This document shows positions 28,349-38,700 of a stretch of DNA of 64,000 bases, piece by piece. Made by a program: the position numbers and the translations under genes. The notes under the pieces were generated by a model, which saw only the letters and a program-made list of their open reading frames with translations, searched no databases and was not told the origin of the DNA. Source of the stretch: a virus; IMG/VR virus record IMGVR_UViG_3300047284_000228, positions 1-64,000 of that record; one strand, given 5' to 3'. Position 1 is the first letter of the stretch; every line of letters begins with the position of its first letter.

Positions 28349-30176
28349 AATTATTGGGTACGTGAATTAGTTTTCCGTATTCTGGCAGGTACAAATATTC
28401 AATATCTGAATTTTGTAGGGTCCAGATAGCATCATCTAGAGTTTCTACTAGAGGTTCGCCTCCCAGATTAAAGCTGGTATTGAACAGGATAGGAACTCCT
28501 GTTTCATCTTTAAATGCTTTAATCAGATCATAGTAATGCTTATTCTGTTCCTGCGTAACAGTCTGTATTCTGCAGGTATGATCTTCGTGGATAATTGAAG
28601 GAATCTTTTCTTCGATGCCGGGTCGACAATTTACAGCATACATCATAAACGGGCTGTCTTTCATACCACGTAGGTCGAACCACTCGTGTACATCGTCCTG
28701 TAAAATACTACCGGCAAATGGACGGAAATATTCGCGACGTTTAACTTCGTTGACAAAGTCCTTGCCATCAGGGAAAGTCGGATCAAATAATACCGAACGG
28801 TTACCTAGTGCCCTAGGTCCATTTTCAGATCGTCCCTGAAAAATAGTAACAATATTTTTTTCACGTAGGAGTTTGACAATATCTTTATGAGTCGCATCGG
28901 ACACCGTGGCTGCGTTTACTTTAGCTACTTTTTCCGCGATCTCATCGGATGTGTAATGATATTCGGGACCTAGATAAAGTGTACCGTAGCTGCGAATAGT
29001 AGAATCGTTGTACATTCCGTGCCAGAACATCAGTGCTGCTCCCATGGCGGTTCCTGCATCATTTGAAATGGGTTCTACATATATTTCAATGCCGCTGTCT
29101 TTTAATTGTTCTAGATAGTGATAATTTGCCACACAGTTTAATCCGTATCCTCCACTGATCGTTACTTTGTTCTTACCACTTTTCTCCACAGCATATTTGA
29201 TCAAACGAACTACCTGTTCTTGCGTTTGTGTCTGAACAGCATAGGCTAAATCTCTACGACTTTCCAGAAGTGTAAGATCATCTTCGGCATTTTCTGGTTC
29301 TTGTTCTAGAGCATCAAACAAGTTCATATTAATGACACTGCTCATTGGGTACTTAGGAACTATTAAGTTTCTGTTCGATAGTGGCGTCTTGCCTGACGAA
29401 TCAAACAAAGGAGGAATTTTTTCATTGGGTTTTCCGTAGGGGAATAGGCCCATGGTTTTTCCTGCTTCGATCGCCGAAAAGCCGCAGTATTCTGTAACTC
29501 CTTCATAGACCTTAACAATACCAGAGCGATCAGTTAACCATGCTTCATGTGTTTCACCAGATTCACCGATCGCGCTAGAATCAAATTTAGGTATGAAAGC
29601 AGATCCGATTGGATCTTTGGTTCCGTAATGTTTGTATAAGGTTTTAAAATCTGCTGGGTACTTACAGTCAACTATGGATTCTGTTTCCCAAAACCAAAGT
29701 TGGTTTCCGTTATATTCCATCGGGAAAAATGTGCCGGCGCCGTCTACGATCAACGAAACTGCTTCTTCAAAGCCACTACGATAAAATGCACAGGCAGTAT
29801 GTAGTTTATGATGCATATAACTCATGTCGATGACCTGAGGATGCTTATGCAGATTAGGCACCTTCCGTTCGATCAATCCTAGCTTACGAGCCATACCAGT
29901 ATACATATCGTCACCGGTATAGTCAATCTTTCCGGCTGTTTCGTGTAAGGGCTGTGTGTGGGCTACGACCAAATAATCTAATTTATCTGTGTACTCTAAA
30001 ATCTTAACCATGCTGGCTAGCGGACCGCCATCATATTTCTGTCGAGTCAGTCTTTCTTCTTCGATACTAAAAACGATTTCTCCGTCTTTGAGTAGACACA
30101 CACCTGCATTATGTCCACGGGCGATACCGGCTATCCACACAGATTTTTTTTCTTTTTTAATAGATTTCAGTGTCAT
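28347..30176 (-). CDS. O-carbamoyltransferase (NodU/CmcH/TobZ family)
   Basis: EEERLTR.K, HHxxH, VDGAG, GKTMGL..YG, SGG..LNCVAN, DAG, GRSENGPRALGNRS, KRREYFRPFA, RIQTV, NTSFN..GEPLV. Confidence 0.92.
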   Translation of the reverse strand: MTLKSIKKEKKSVWIAGIARGHNAGVCLLKDGEIVFSIEEERLTRQKYDGGPLASMVKILEYTDKLDYLVVAHTQPLHETAGKIDYTGDDMYTGMARKLGLIERKVPNLHKHPQVIDMSYMHHKLHTACAFYRSGFEEAVSLIVDGAGTFFPMEYNGNQLWFWETESIVDCKYPADFKTLYKHYGTKDPIGSAFIPKFDSSAIGESGETHEAWLTDRSGIVKVYEGVTEYCGFSAIEAGKTMGLFPYGKPNEKIPPLFDSSGKTPLSNRNLIVPKYPMSSVINMNLFDALEQEPENAEDDLTLLESRRDLAYAVQTQTQEQVVRLIKYAVEKSGKNKVTISGGYGLNCVANYHYLEQLKDSGIEIYVEPISNDAGTAMGAALMFWHGMYNDSTIRSYGTLYLGPEYHYTSDEIAEKVAKVNAATVSDATHKDIVKLLREKNIVTIFQGRSENGPRALGNRSVLFDPTFPDGKDFVNEVKRREYFRPFAGSILQDDVHEWFDLRGMKDSPFMMYAVNCRPGIEEKIPSIIHEDHTCRIQTVTQEQNKHYYDLIKAFKDETGVPILFNTSFNLGGEPLVETLDDAIWTLQNSDIEYLYLPEYGKLIHVPNN

Positions 30177-31108
30177 TCTTTTTTTCCTAAAACATAGTTA
30201 ACAATATGAGTCGTTATTTCCTCGCTCATAGTCATGATTTTTTCATTTTTTCTGTCAATTCTTTCGTCCATAGTAATTCTGATAGGGCTGTACTCTCGAT
30301 CCACTTCTCCCATATCTAACACATCAACACCTTCTGTGTCTGGATAACTGACATTAATGGGATAGGTAGCTCCTGTTACCACAGTTGCTTGAGTTCCGAC
30401 TGAATAAGCTAGATGTTGACCTAGACTATCACATCCTAGGAAATGATCTGAATATTTTATTATCGCTGCCCAGACTCTTACATTAACATTTTCAGGTACG
30501 GCTACTTCGTCTTTAAGTTTAGCATCAGTTAGATCAACCTTAAATTCAGACATCATTACTATAGCATAACCGTGATCTTGTAATTTTTTGATAATCTGTT
30601 TAACATCTTTTAACTCAAAACTACGACCTGTTTTGTCGATCAAAGTTTCGTCGATATATTCAATTCCTCTACCGAAAGGTTGAAAAACTGCCAGTTTGTC
30701 TTTTTTCAGCTTGTTTTTCACTTCTCCGACAACTTGTCTACCATGGAGTAATTCGTCTTTGGACAGATACACAGTAGGCTTTGGTAGGCTTCTAATGCCC
30801 TTGTCGTTCATTTGGATGTCAAATGCCTGTGCTATCGAACATTTTTGATTGTAATATTCCCAGATCCTATACGGCTCTAAGGTAATTACGTCCATATCCT
30901 TTAACTTATCTTGGAACAAATTTTTGTGCCAGATATCATAGACTCTATGATCTAATTTAGGATGCCCTTTATATACATCTGTTCCGCCTTCGCAGACTAT
31001 GATAAAATCTTTATCTCCAGATTCTTCTTCGTATTTTTCAAAAGCAGGAATTGAACAAATCATTCTGCCAGCACCGCCGTTTATAAAAAACGCTTTAGAT
31101 CTTGTCAT
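30173..31108 (-). CDS. Glycosyltransferase, GT-B fold (GT9-like)
   Basis: N-terminal GGAGR, FQPFG, C-terminal FLGCDSLGQHLA (compare GT9 DSG..H.A); ATGA coupling to the carbamoyltransferase. Confidence 0.7.
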   Translation of the reverse strand: MTRSKAFFINGGAGRMICSIPAFEKYEEESGDKDFIIVCEGGTDVYKGHPKLDHRVYDIWHKNLFQDKLKDMDVITLEPYRIWEYYNQKCSIAQAFDIQMNDKGIRSLPKPTVYLSKDELLHGRQVVGEVKNKLKKDKLAVFQPFGRGIEYIDETLIDKTGRSFELKDVKQIIKKLQDHGYAIVMMSEFKVDLTDAKLKDEVAVPENVNVRVWAAIIKYSDHFLGCDSLGQHLAYSVGTQATVVTGATYPINVSYPDTEGVDVLDMGEVDREYSPIRITMDERIDRKNEKIMTMSEEITTHIVNYVLGKKE

Positions 31109-31120
31109 TTAAACTCCAAT

Positions 31121-31177
31121 AAGAAAGGCCTTGTACTGATTATATATCCTCACGGATATAGGTACAAGGCCTTTCTT
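31121..31177. promoter_or_regulatory. Long inverted repeat containing a sigma70-like promoter
   Basis: Perfect 16-bp arms AAGAAAGGCCTTGTAC/GTACAAGGCCTTTCTT, inner 7-bp stem with GTGA loop; minus strand TTGTAC-N17-TATAAT. Confidence 0.7.
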
Positions 31178-31190
31178 GGTTTAAAAAATA

Positions 31191-31832
31191 TCAGCTTAGG
31201 TCTGGATATGTAGGAAATGGAATCTTCCAATGGTCTACACCGGATAAATTAGCTTTGATTGATTCTAGGCTAGCTTTATACGATTGTAGATTTGCTAGTT
31301 GCTGATCCGAATACTGAGATGTTCCTCGTTCGATCATTTTGCCAATTTCTTTAATTTGATTATCGACACCTTCCCAGAATTCCGATTTAGTGATCGGATG
31401 TGTTGTAAAAGGTGGTTTTACAAATAAATTTGAACCCTTATCGTATTTCATGGTGTTCACAGCATGGAATTGCTCAATAATTCCATGACCGTCTAACAAT
31501 TGATAAAGATACTTCTGGCCTGTAGGAAGAGTTTCTTCGTAATCTTGAACTTCACCGTGTGAATACGCATGTGTTAGGTATGCTGCTTCCCATGGATGTG
31601 TATCTGAGTCAAGAATAAAAAAGTCAAATATAGGACCGTCATCAACGATAGTGGCTTCTAAGGCTTCTCTATCATCGCCCGATCTTTCTACATTCAGGAC
31701 TGTTCCATCTTTTTCTAGCATCCTTACTACGTGATATCTTGGACCATTGTATTCACATTGGACTGTTTTGTTAAGACGAGAACTTTGCTTATATGGCTCG
31801 TCTGGCAATGTATGTATAAATGTTTTTCTCAT
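31191..31832 (-). CDS. Putative tail-fibre assembly chaperone-like protein
   Basis: C-terminal LQSYKASLESI...WKIPFPTYP resembles the Y...L......(W/F)P..P end of fibre assembly proteins; follows the Cys-rich genes. Confidence 0.5.
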   Translation of the reverse strand: MRKTFIHTLPDEPYKQSSRLNKTVQCEYNGPRYHVVRMLEKDGTVLNVERSGDDREALEATIVDDGPIFDFFILDSDTHPWEAAYLTHAYSHGEVQDYEETLPTGQKYLYQLLDGHGIIEQFHAVNTMKYDKGSNLFVKPPFTTHPITKSEFWEGVDNQIKEIGKMIERGTSQYSDQQLANLQSYKASLESIKANLSGVDHWKIPFPTYPDLS

Positions 31833-31835
31833 TTT

Positions 31836-32837
31836 TTACCTCGGTATAAAATTAATTCTTACTGCGCCATAGCCGCCTCTCCAACCAAAGTTGCAGTGGT
31901 CACCGCATGGTGTTGGCATAGTTCCGCCTGTGCCTGTTGGGAAGAACGGTACACATGCCTGCATCTGATAACATCCACAGGCTTTAGTTGATACCCAGCA
32001 ATGGGTAAGTGGGTGACCGCGTTGTGGGCTTCTGTTCAATGCATTTAGCATAAATGTGAACTGATGATAACCAGATCCGTTCCATTGTGAATAATCACTA
32101 TCTGTCTCAAATCCATGCGTCACAACAGCGCCATCACATGAAAATAGTCCCGGAGGAATAGCCACGTGTGCTTGAGTAGAGCATGGACAATTACTATAAC
32201 AGGTCCAGAATGTAGCACAGCTGAATCCGCCGCGCTTGTTAATATCACCGCCCCAAGATTCTGCACAGCATGATCCTGTTCCTGGGCCATAGTTACATAC
32301 GATACCACAGGTACCGTTTGAATAATTAGTTACACAGAAGTTACCGCTTTGGAAACAGCAGAATACTGCTGCTGATCCCGGAGCACAATACGCTGTACCT
32401 CCACGACCGCCCTGGGCACACATACATCCGTTTACGGCATCACCTGTGTATTGATTTCTACCGGCCCAGCATACCTGCGTCGGTTCGGAACAGCCTTTAA
32501 AACAGAATGTTTCTGGATTACCGCAGCTAATACCTATTTGTCCGCAGATCATGCATCCGTTGGTTACACAAATACATTTTCTAGACCATGCTCCTGGGTT
32601 TCCTGGAAGACCCACTCCGCAGCAACGGATACTTGGACTTGAACCGCCAGCACCCCAGATATCGATAATCACTCGACCTGTACCAGGGGCTGTCCAACAA
32701 AATATGTTACTAGGATGGAAGTTAATACCAGCAGATCCGGCAGGTGCAAAAGTCCATACCTGCCCTTTTTCTAGATCTGTTTCGTCAGTGTCGATCTGAT
32801 TTAATTTGTTTTCAACTAATGTTCTTAAGGTAGCCAT
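31836..32837 (-). CDS. Gly/Cys-rich protein C (333 aa, about 32 Cys)
   Basis: IIDIWGAGG, PGNPGAW, GCMCAQGG, GGDIN, CGCY, GWRGGYGAVRI; start moved to 32837 to match its paralogues. Confidence 0.8.
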   Translation of the reverse strand: MATLRTLVENKLNQIDTDETDLEKGQVWTFAPAGSAGINFHPSNIFCWTAPGTGRVIIDIWGAGGSSPSIRCCGVGLPGNPGAWSRKCICVTNGCMICGQIGISCGNPETFCFKGCSEPTQVCWAGRNQYTGDAVNGCMCAQGGRGGTAYCAPGSAAVFCCFQSGNFCVTNYSNGTCGIVCNYGPGTGSCCAESWGGDINKRGGFSCATFWTCYSNCPCSTQAHVAIPPGLFSCDGAVVTHGFETDSDYSQWNGSGYHQFTFMLNALNRSPQRGHPLTHCWVSTKACGCYQMQACVPFFPTGTGGTMPTPCGDHCNFGWRGGYGAVRINFIPR

Positions 32838-32838
32838 A

Positions 32839-34056
32839 TTAGTACGTATTGCCTCCATCTGTTGGTACATATCTGATTCTTACCATACCCATGCCACCTC
32901 GGCCGCCATGATCTCGCACGTCGCCGCAGACATGCGTAGGGTATCCGCCCATGCCCGGAGGACTGAATGGTACACAACCCCACATTTCGTAACATCCGCA
33001 GGCTCTAGCACCGTTCCAGCACCAGTGTGTTGGCATGTGACTTGGTTGTCTAGAAAGTGTTTGTACTCCGGCTAACATCGCTGTAACAGCACCGCCCGAA
33101 GTAGCACCGGACGGACTATCATGTTCGTGCTGATAGCTGAATACGCCGCCCTCTGTTGAATACATCATAGGAGGTGTTGATTGATTGTATTGATATATAC
33201 ATCCCGGATTATTTTGTACACAATCTAAGAAACGTGAACAGGATAAGGTACCGCAGCAGTTCATGTCGCCACCAAATCCGCATCTAAATCCAGTAGCATT
33301 ATATTGGTTACTTTGATCTGAACAGATATTGCAGACCATGGTGCAACTCCACCAGCTACAGCTTTCTTGAGTTTTAAATCTACGCTGACAGTGTTTTACG
33401 TTACCCCAGCAGTGGAAGTGATTTCTGTTACCGTCAACGCACATAAACCAACCGGATTTACCGCCTTGTACACACATACATCCTCGACTAGCACCTGCAT
33501 CACAGCACACACAGCAAGATCCTGCACCACACATTGTGGCATTAGAACCTCTTGGAGCCCAATACTTACCGTCTGCATGGCAGTTCTGTATATTTGCTGT
33601 GGTTTCTCCGTTGCCCCAGCCCCATGGATTGTTTCCTTTCCATGTGCTCTGAGAAACTCTTGAGTTTGCACCGCCCCAGAAAAGGGCGTTAGGTGCGCAG
33701 CCAAACCAGCATAGCTGTACAGGCTCTGGATCGCCTCTACTGTATGCAGGAGTATCTCCGCAGGCTCTACCTATAGAACCACAGATATAGTTTGACGGGC
33801 ACACACAGATGCATTTTCTAGTATATGCTCCGGGATTACTAGGCAAACTAGACCCGCAGCAGCAACCGCGGCCGGAAGATCCGCCAGGACCCCACATTTC
33901 AATAATAACCTTACCGCATCCTGGTGGTTTCCAGCAAAAACCGTTACACAACGGAGTATATTCATTGCCGTCACCATAGACCCAGATACGACCTTTTTCT
34001 AGTTGGTCTTCCCAGCCTAGTTCTCGATTTCCTAAAAGTTGTGTTAACAATGCCAT
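32839..34056 (-). CDS. Gly/Cys-rich protein B (405 aa, about 39 Cys)
   Basis: IIEMWGPGG, CCC, PSNPGAY, GCMCVQGG, GGDMN, CGCY, GGRGGMGMVRI. Confidence 0.8.
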   Translation of the reverse strand: MALLTQLLGNRELGWEDQLEKGRIWVYGDGNEYTPLCNGFCWKPPGCGKVIIEMWGPGGSSGRGCCCGSSLPSNPGAYTRKCICVCPSNYICGSIGRACGDTPAYSRGDPEPVQLCWFGCAPNALFWGGANSRVSQSTWKGNNPWGWGNGETTANIQNCHADGKYWAPRGSNATMCGAGSCCVCCDAGASRGCMCVQGGKSGWFMCVDGNRNHFHCWGNVKHCQRRFKTQESCSWWSCTMVCNICSDQSNQYNATGFRCGFGGDMNCCGTLSCSRFLDCVQNNPGCIYQYNQSTPPMMYSTEGGVFSYQHEHDSPSGATSGGAVTAMLAGVQTLSRQPSHMPTHWCWNGARACGCYEMWGCVPFSPPGMGGYPTHVCGDVRDHGGRGGMGMVRIRYVPTDGGNTY

Positions 34057-34057
34057 T

Positions 34058-35089
34058 TTAAAATTCTCCGTATCTTACATGCGACATTTCTTCGTTGACA
34101 TTGGTACCACGATAAGTGACTCTGATAGCACCCTGGCCGCCTCGACGTCCGGAATCTCTAACACCTGGACATGGAGTCGCTTGGGTAGCACCCCAGCCAT
34201 ACGGCATGTAGTTCATACATGAATGATGTTCATAACATGTACAGAATCTATTACCGTTCCAACAGTTATACCACGGCATACCGCCTGTTGGAGATTTAGA
34301 GTGTGCGTTAATTAAGTATCCAACTGATGCCATACCAGCACCTGCCCATTGATTACCGCCGTGATCATTTTCGATCGGGAACGCTACCCAGCCGCCGTCT
34401 TCAGAGAACTGTCCTGGAGGGTGAGCAACATATTGAATAAACTGGCATGTACACATTGGCTGACATCCGCGGAATTCAACTTTACCATAGACACCACACT
34501 TGTTAATATCGCCACCCCAACCGCAGGCCCACCAATCGCCTGAACGTACATTACATATAATACCGCAGCCGTTACAGATCAAAGTGTTGCAATATCCCAT
34601 AGCAGCAAAACAACAGTAGGGACTATCATATGATGATCCCCAGCAGCAGGTTCTGCCACCTAGACCGCCCTGGGCACACATACATCCCGATGTATTACCG
34701 CATAAATCTCTAGCTCGTTCCCAGACTAGACAAGAACCTTCCGATAAGCAAGGGTTAGAAAACGCTGTACCAGGACCATTACAAGGAACTCCTGGTCGGC
34801 CAAATATTACAGAGCAGGGCCAAACTGCGATAGTTTTTTTGGTATATCCCCCACTATTGCCCGGCATACCAACCGCACAGCAGCAGTTACATGCCGCTGT
34901 CCCTCCGGCACCCCACATTTCGATCGTAGCAGTTCCGCAGCCCGGCGAGTTCCAACACCATTGGAATTCCGTTCTGATACAGGCATACATCGCTGATACA
35001 CCCGATACAGAATAAACCTTACCTTTCGGTAAGTTTTCTTGGAACGCTATGACCTCCCTTGTGGAAAGAAGATCAGAAAGTTTTGCCAT
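34058..35089 (-). CDS. Gly/Cys-rich protein A (343 aa, about 32 Cys)
   Basis: TIEMWGAGG, CCC, PGNSGGY, GCMCAQGG, GGDIN, CTCY, GRRGGQGAIRV. Confidence 0.8.
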   Translation of the reverse strand: MAKLSDLLSTREVIAFQENLPKGKVYSVSGVSAMYACIRTEFQWCWNSPGCGTATIEMWGAGGTAACNCCCAVGMPGNSGGYTKKTIAVWPCSVIFGRPGVPCNGPGTAFSNPCLSEGSCLVWERARDLCGNTSGCMCAQGGLGGRTCCWGSSYDSPYCCFAAMGYCNTLICNGCGIICNVRSGDWWACGWGGDINKCGVYGKVEFRGCQPMCTCQFIQYVAHPPGQFSEDGGWVAFPIENDHGGNQWAGAGMASVGYLINAHSKSPTGGMPWYNCWNGNRFCTCYEHHSCMNYMPYGWGATQATPCPGVRDSGRRGGQGAIRVTYRGTNVNEEMSHVRYGEF

Positions 35090-35102
35090 ATTTCAATTCC
35101 TA

Positions 35103-35429
35103 TTAAGGTCCAATAAACACCCAACCATAGGTGTCGCCACTGAAAATCATCGTGACCGCAGCATTATTAAGATTTAAAACTAAATCCTCTGATAAGTTTT
35201 GAATCTTTTTTCCGTTTCTACCAATGGTTACATTGTTAGTGGAAAAAATACCTGCTACGTCTATGATTTGTATAGTGTCGCCTGTAGTTGGACTTGCTGG
35301 TAGCGTAAGTGTAAAGGCACCTGAGGTTGCATCAGCAAAAATTCTTTCATTTGACGAAAGTGTTGTTGCTGAAGTTAATGTCCTATTTACGACTGAGTCG
35401 GTACCAAACGATGTTACCTGTCTTCCCAT
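35103..35429 (-). CDS. Stand-alone tail-fibre domain (gp34 N-terminal-repeat-like)
   Basis: GAFTLTLPASP..GD.I.IID..G.F.TNN.TI.RNG..I....DL.L.....GW pattern typical of myovirus fibres. Confidence 0.65.
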   Translation of the reverse strand: MGRQVTSFGTDSVVNRTLTSATTLSSNERIFADATSGAFTLTLPASPTTGDTIQIIDVAGIFSTNNVTIGRNGKKIQNLSEDLVLNLNNAAVTMIFSGDTYGWVFIGP

Positions 35430-35446
35430 GTTAATTTACTCCCCTA

Positions 35447-35767
35447 TTATACTGTTGAAGTTTCTATGCCGAATGCAGTAACGCTGATGTTAGCGGTATT
35501 AGCATAGACAACTAAAAGTTTTCCTGCGTTCATCATGATGCCTGTTCTTTCTAGGACACCATTTGGACCAATCTGTGCATCATATTCAATGTATTCTGCG
35601 TTGGTTGGCGATGCGGCTGCTGCTAAGGCTATTCTCACACTAGCTACTGTAGATCCTCTGTTACAAACAGATACTGACATGACTGTGAAAGTTGTTGCCG
35701 GAACGGTATAAACGGTCGTGTTCGTAGCTGCTGATAAAGCTGCTTGACCTAAGATTCCTGTTGCCAT
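35447..35767 (-). CDS. Small beta-rich virion protein
   Basis: TVYTVP, VCN..., G..L.V pattern shared with 50037-50369 and 53191-53559. Confidence 0.7.
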   Translation of the reverse strand: MATGILGQAALSAATNTTVYTVPATTFTVMSVSVCNRGSTVASVRIALAAAASPTNAEYIEYDAQIGPNGVLERTGIMMNAGKLLVVYANTANISVTAFGIETSTV

Positions 35768-35781
35768 TTATTATTTCTCCG

Positions 35782-38700
35782 TTAATTGTTTAGTAAAAAG
35801 TAGTTCAATACAAGTGCATCGCCAGCAATTCCGCCTTTGAAGTTTACCTTTGTATTTATGTTAATCTGTACATTTGTAGTTGTGGCTATTGTCTGTCCTG
35901 CGATGTAAACAACGCCTGCAGTGAGGGTATTTACGTTCAAGCTAGATCCACCGCCACCAATTTGGCTAGTAATGTACGCTTTAATAGCTCGCTGTGTCGG
36001 TACTACTGTGTCCGAATCTTGTGTAAAGAACGGATCTGTCGAGAATTCAGAAATTGTAGCTCCTGAACCACCCAATGCAACAGAACCTAGCGATAGTTCG
36101 TTCAATCCTGCGATGTTAAACGCATCAGCATTCAATGTTGCAACACCAGTACTTTGTTCAACGTTGAACAATCCGCCAACTCGGAAGTTACCGTCTTGGT
36201 CAGTTGATGTGTAGAACACACGACCACCGTTGCTCTGCTTGTACTCTTGAGCAGGAATAGGATCAGACAAAGGTAATCCGGGGTAATTTGAATTAATAAA
36301 ATCACCAGTACCGATATCTAATAGATCGTGTCCTGTTAAACGAACCTGAGAATAACGTCTACGGATAGTAGTTGCTGCTTCGTGATTTGGAGCTTCGGCT
36401 GCACCTATAGCTGGACTTATTTGCAGAGTAGCATTATAAGTTCCGTCGGCATTAGGTAATAGATTAGTTACATTAACTAGTCTATACCAAACATCGTCGA
36501 TGCCCGCAAGTTGTACGTTTGAACCGGCTTTGGGTATTCCGCTGAGATTCTTAAATGCCACAAACGCACTTGTTTGATAGTTGTCAGCATAACCGTCACC
36601 TGTGATTTCTGCTGCGGCTGCGGTATAGCTGGTTCCTCTATTGGTAAACATTGGCTGAGCTATAGCACCGTTACCTAAGCGTACTTCAGTGGTAGCATCT
36701 GCTCCGGTGTTGTTAGGATCTGTAATAGTCATAGTCGGAGCAGATACGTATCCTGATCCCGGTTCTTGTATCCATATTTCAGAGATCTTGTTATCTGAAA
36801 CATATGCTCTAGCTCTAGTTTTAGTACCTTGGCGTATGTTTTGTACGCTAGGACTGTTAGCACCAAGTACGACCCATCTTGGAGTTCCTTGATAATTTCC
36901 CAGTGCCGATGCTATGAAATCTCTGCTGGCTAAGAACGGAGCAGTGCCGCTGGCTGTGGTCAATACAAAGTTAGAACCTCCCTTGGTAGAAGAGATTGTG
37001 AATTGTGTTGAGCTAGCAATACTGGTCACATAGTAATAAACCTCAGGAACTATTCCGCCAATAGTTGCACCGGTAAACCTAACTCTGTCATTTAATTTCA
37101 AATTAGTTGTGCTGGATGTTGTTAGGTAATTTGTATTCAATACAAAATCAGCATACGAACCTATAGTGGTTCCTGTGGCTATGGATATCAGTTTAGTTCC
37201 GCCGTAGGCAGCTTCAGCCCAGTTTCTAGTCGCGGCCTGAGCAGGTCCTTCTACCCATGTAATACCGTCTGCAGAATAAGCTGTTCTATCACTATTATAG
37301 GCAAATGCTGTATAACCACCACCGCCGTAGACTACTTTGTTCCAACGAGCTGCTGCTCCCGGAAGGGTAGCGGCTGTCCAGGTTGTTCCGTTAGTAGAAT
37401 AAGCAGCTTTTGTAGTAGTGTTGGTTGTTCCGCCTGCGACTGCTACGAATTTTCCGTCGCCGAATGTAACGTCGGCCCAGAAATCTGAACTAGGTAGTGT
37501 ATTACCAGATGTCCATGTTACTCCACCGTTAGTAGAATATGATGATACTTGGCTACCTGTTGAATATCCTGCTACGGTCACGAAATAATCAACACCACTG
37601 ATCTGACCGTATGATATGGCACTCATCTCTGATGATCCGGATGTAACTGCTGCGTTGGTCCATGATGTACCGTTAGTCGAGTAGTTAATTGCTGAGGAAT
37701 CTCCTCTGATTGCAATATATCTACCTGCACCGTATACCATGTCTTTCCAGTATGCATTAGCTGTTAACGCTAATGTTTGGCCTGTCCAGGTTGCACCGTC
37801 TGCTGAGTATGCAATGTTTCTTGTTCCGCCACTACCGCCTATTATTGCTACATATTGGTTACTACCATTATAGGCTACAGCGGTATATTCAAAGCTGCCG
37901 CTCACTGTTGGCAAGGTTCCGTTAGTCCAAGAAGTTCCGTTGGTACTTGTTGCATATAGACCCGAAGATCCGTCGTAGCCCACTGCTAAGAATCTAGTAC
38001 CGTCATATAAAACACTGGTCCAAGTTCCTGAAGTTAGAGTAGATGTTTCTGCATAAGTACCAGAAATTGTGTCTTTGGCCGTTGCAGTTACATTCAACGA
38101 CGCTGTCGATGCATCGCGTAGTGTCCATACTAGGCCATCTGTAGAACTAGCTGCTGCATCGCCTAGGCTAGTAACATAGAATAAACCCTGTCCGTAGCCG
38201 ATCGAACTCCACTCATAGTTAGCTGGCAAATTGCTCTTAGTCCAGGAAATTCCGTCTAAGGAATATGCAGCCATTGATGAACTATCTGCTATGGCTACGA
38301 ATCTACCATTTCCATAGGTTATGTCTACCCAATTGCTTTCGCTCGAATCATCATTGCTAGGCAATGTTCCTACAGTCCATGCTACTCCACTGGTAGAGTA
38401 AGCAAAACTGTTTGAGAAGTTTCCTTCTACAACTACGAATCTAGTTCCGCCATAGGCTATGGCTTTAGCTCCGGATGCTAGTGTTGTAGTGCTCCAGGTT
38501 GATCCTCCGTTAGTTGATACTGCTCTATATGTGGATGAAGAATCACTTTCTGCAATAGCTACAAAAGAACCATTACCATATGCTATATCGCACCAATCTG
38601 CCACTTCTCCTAGATTGGCTGCGGTCCAATTAATGCCGTCAGTTGAATAAGCAGCAGTAGAAGTTGCTCTGGCCACAGCCACATAGTAGCTAACGTTACT

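Noticed and set aside
31836-35089. Cys-rich genes as RiPP precursors, selenoproteins or DGR targets
   Set aside because: Too long for precursors, no in-frame TGA, and no radical SAM enzyme, reverse transcriptase or template repeat seen in the window.
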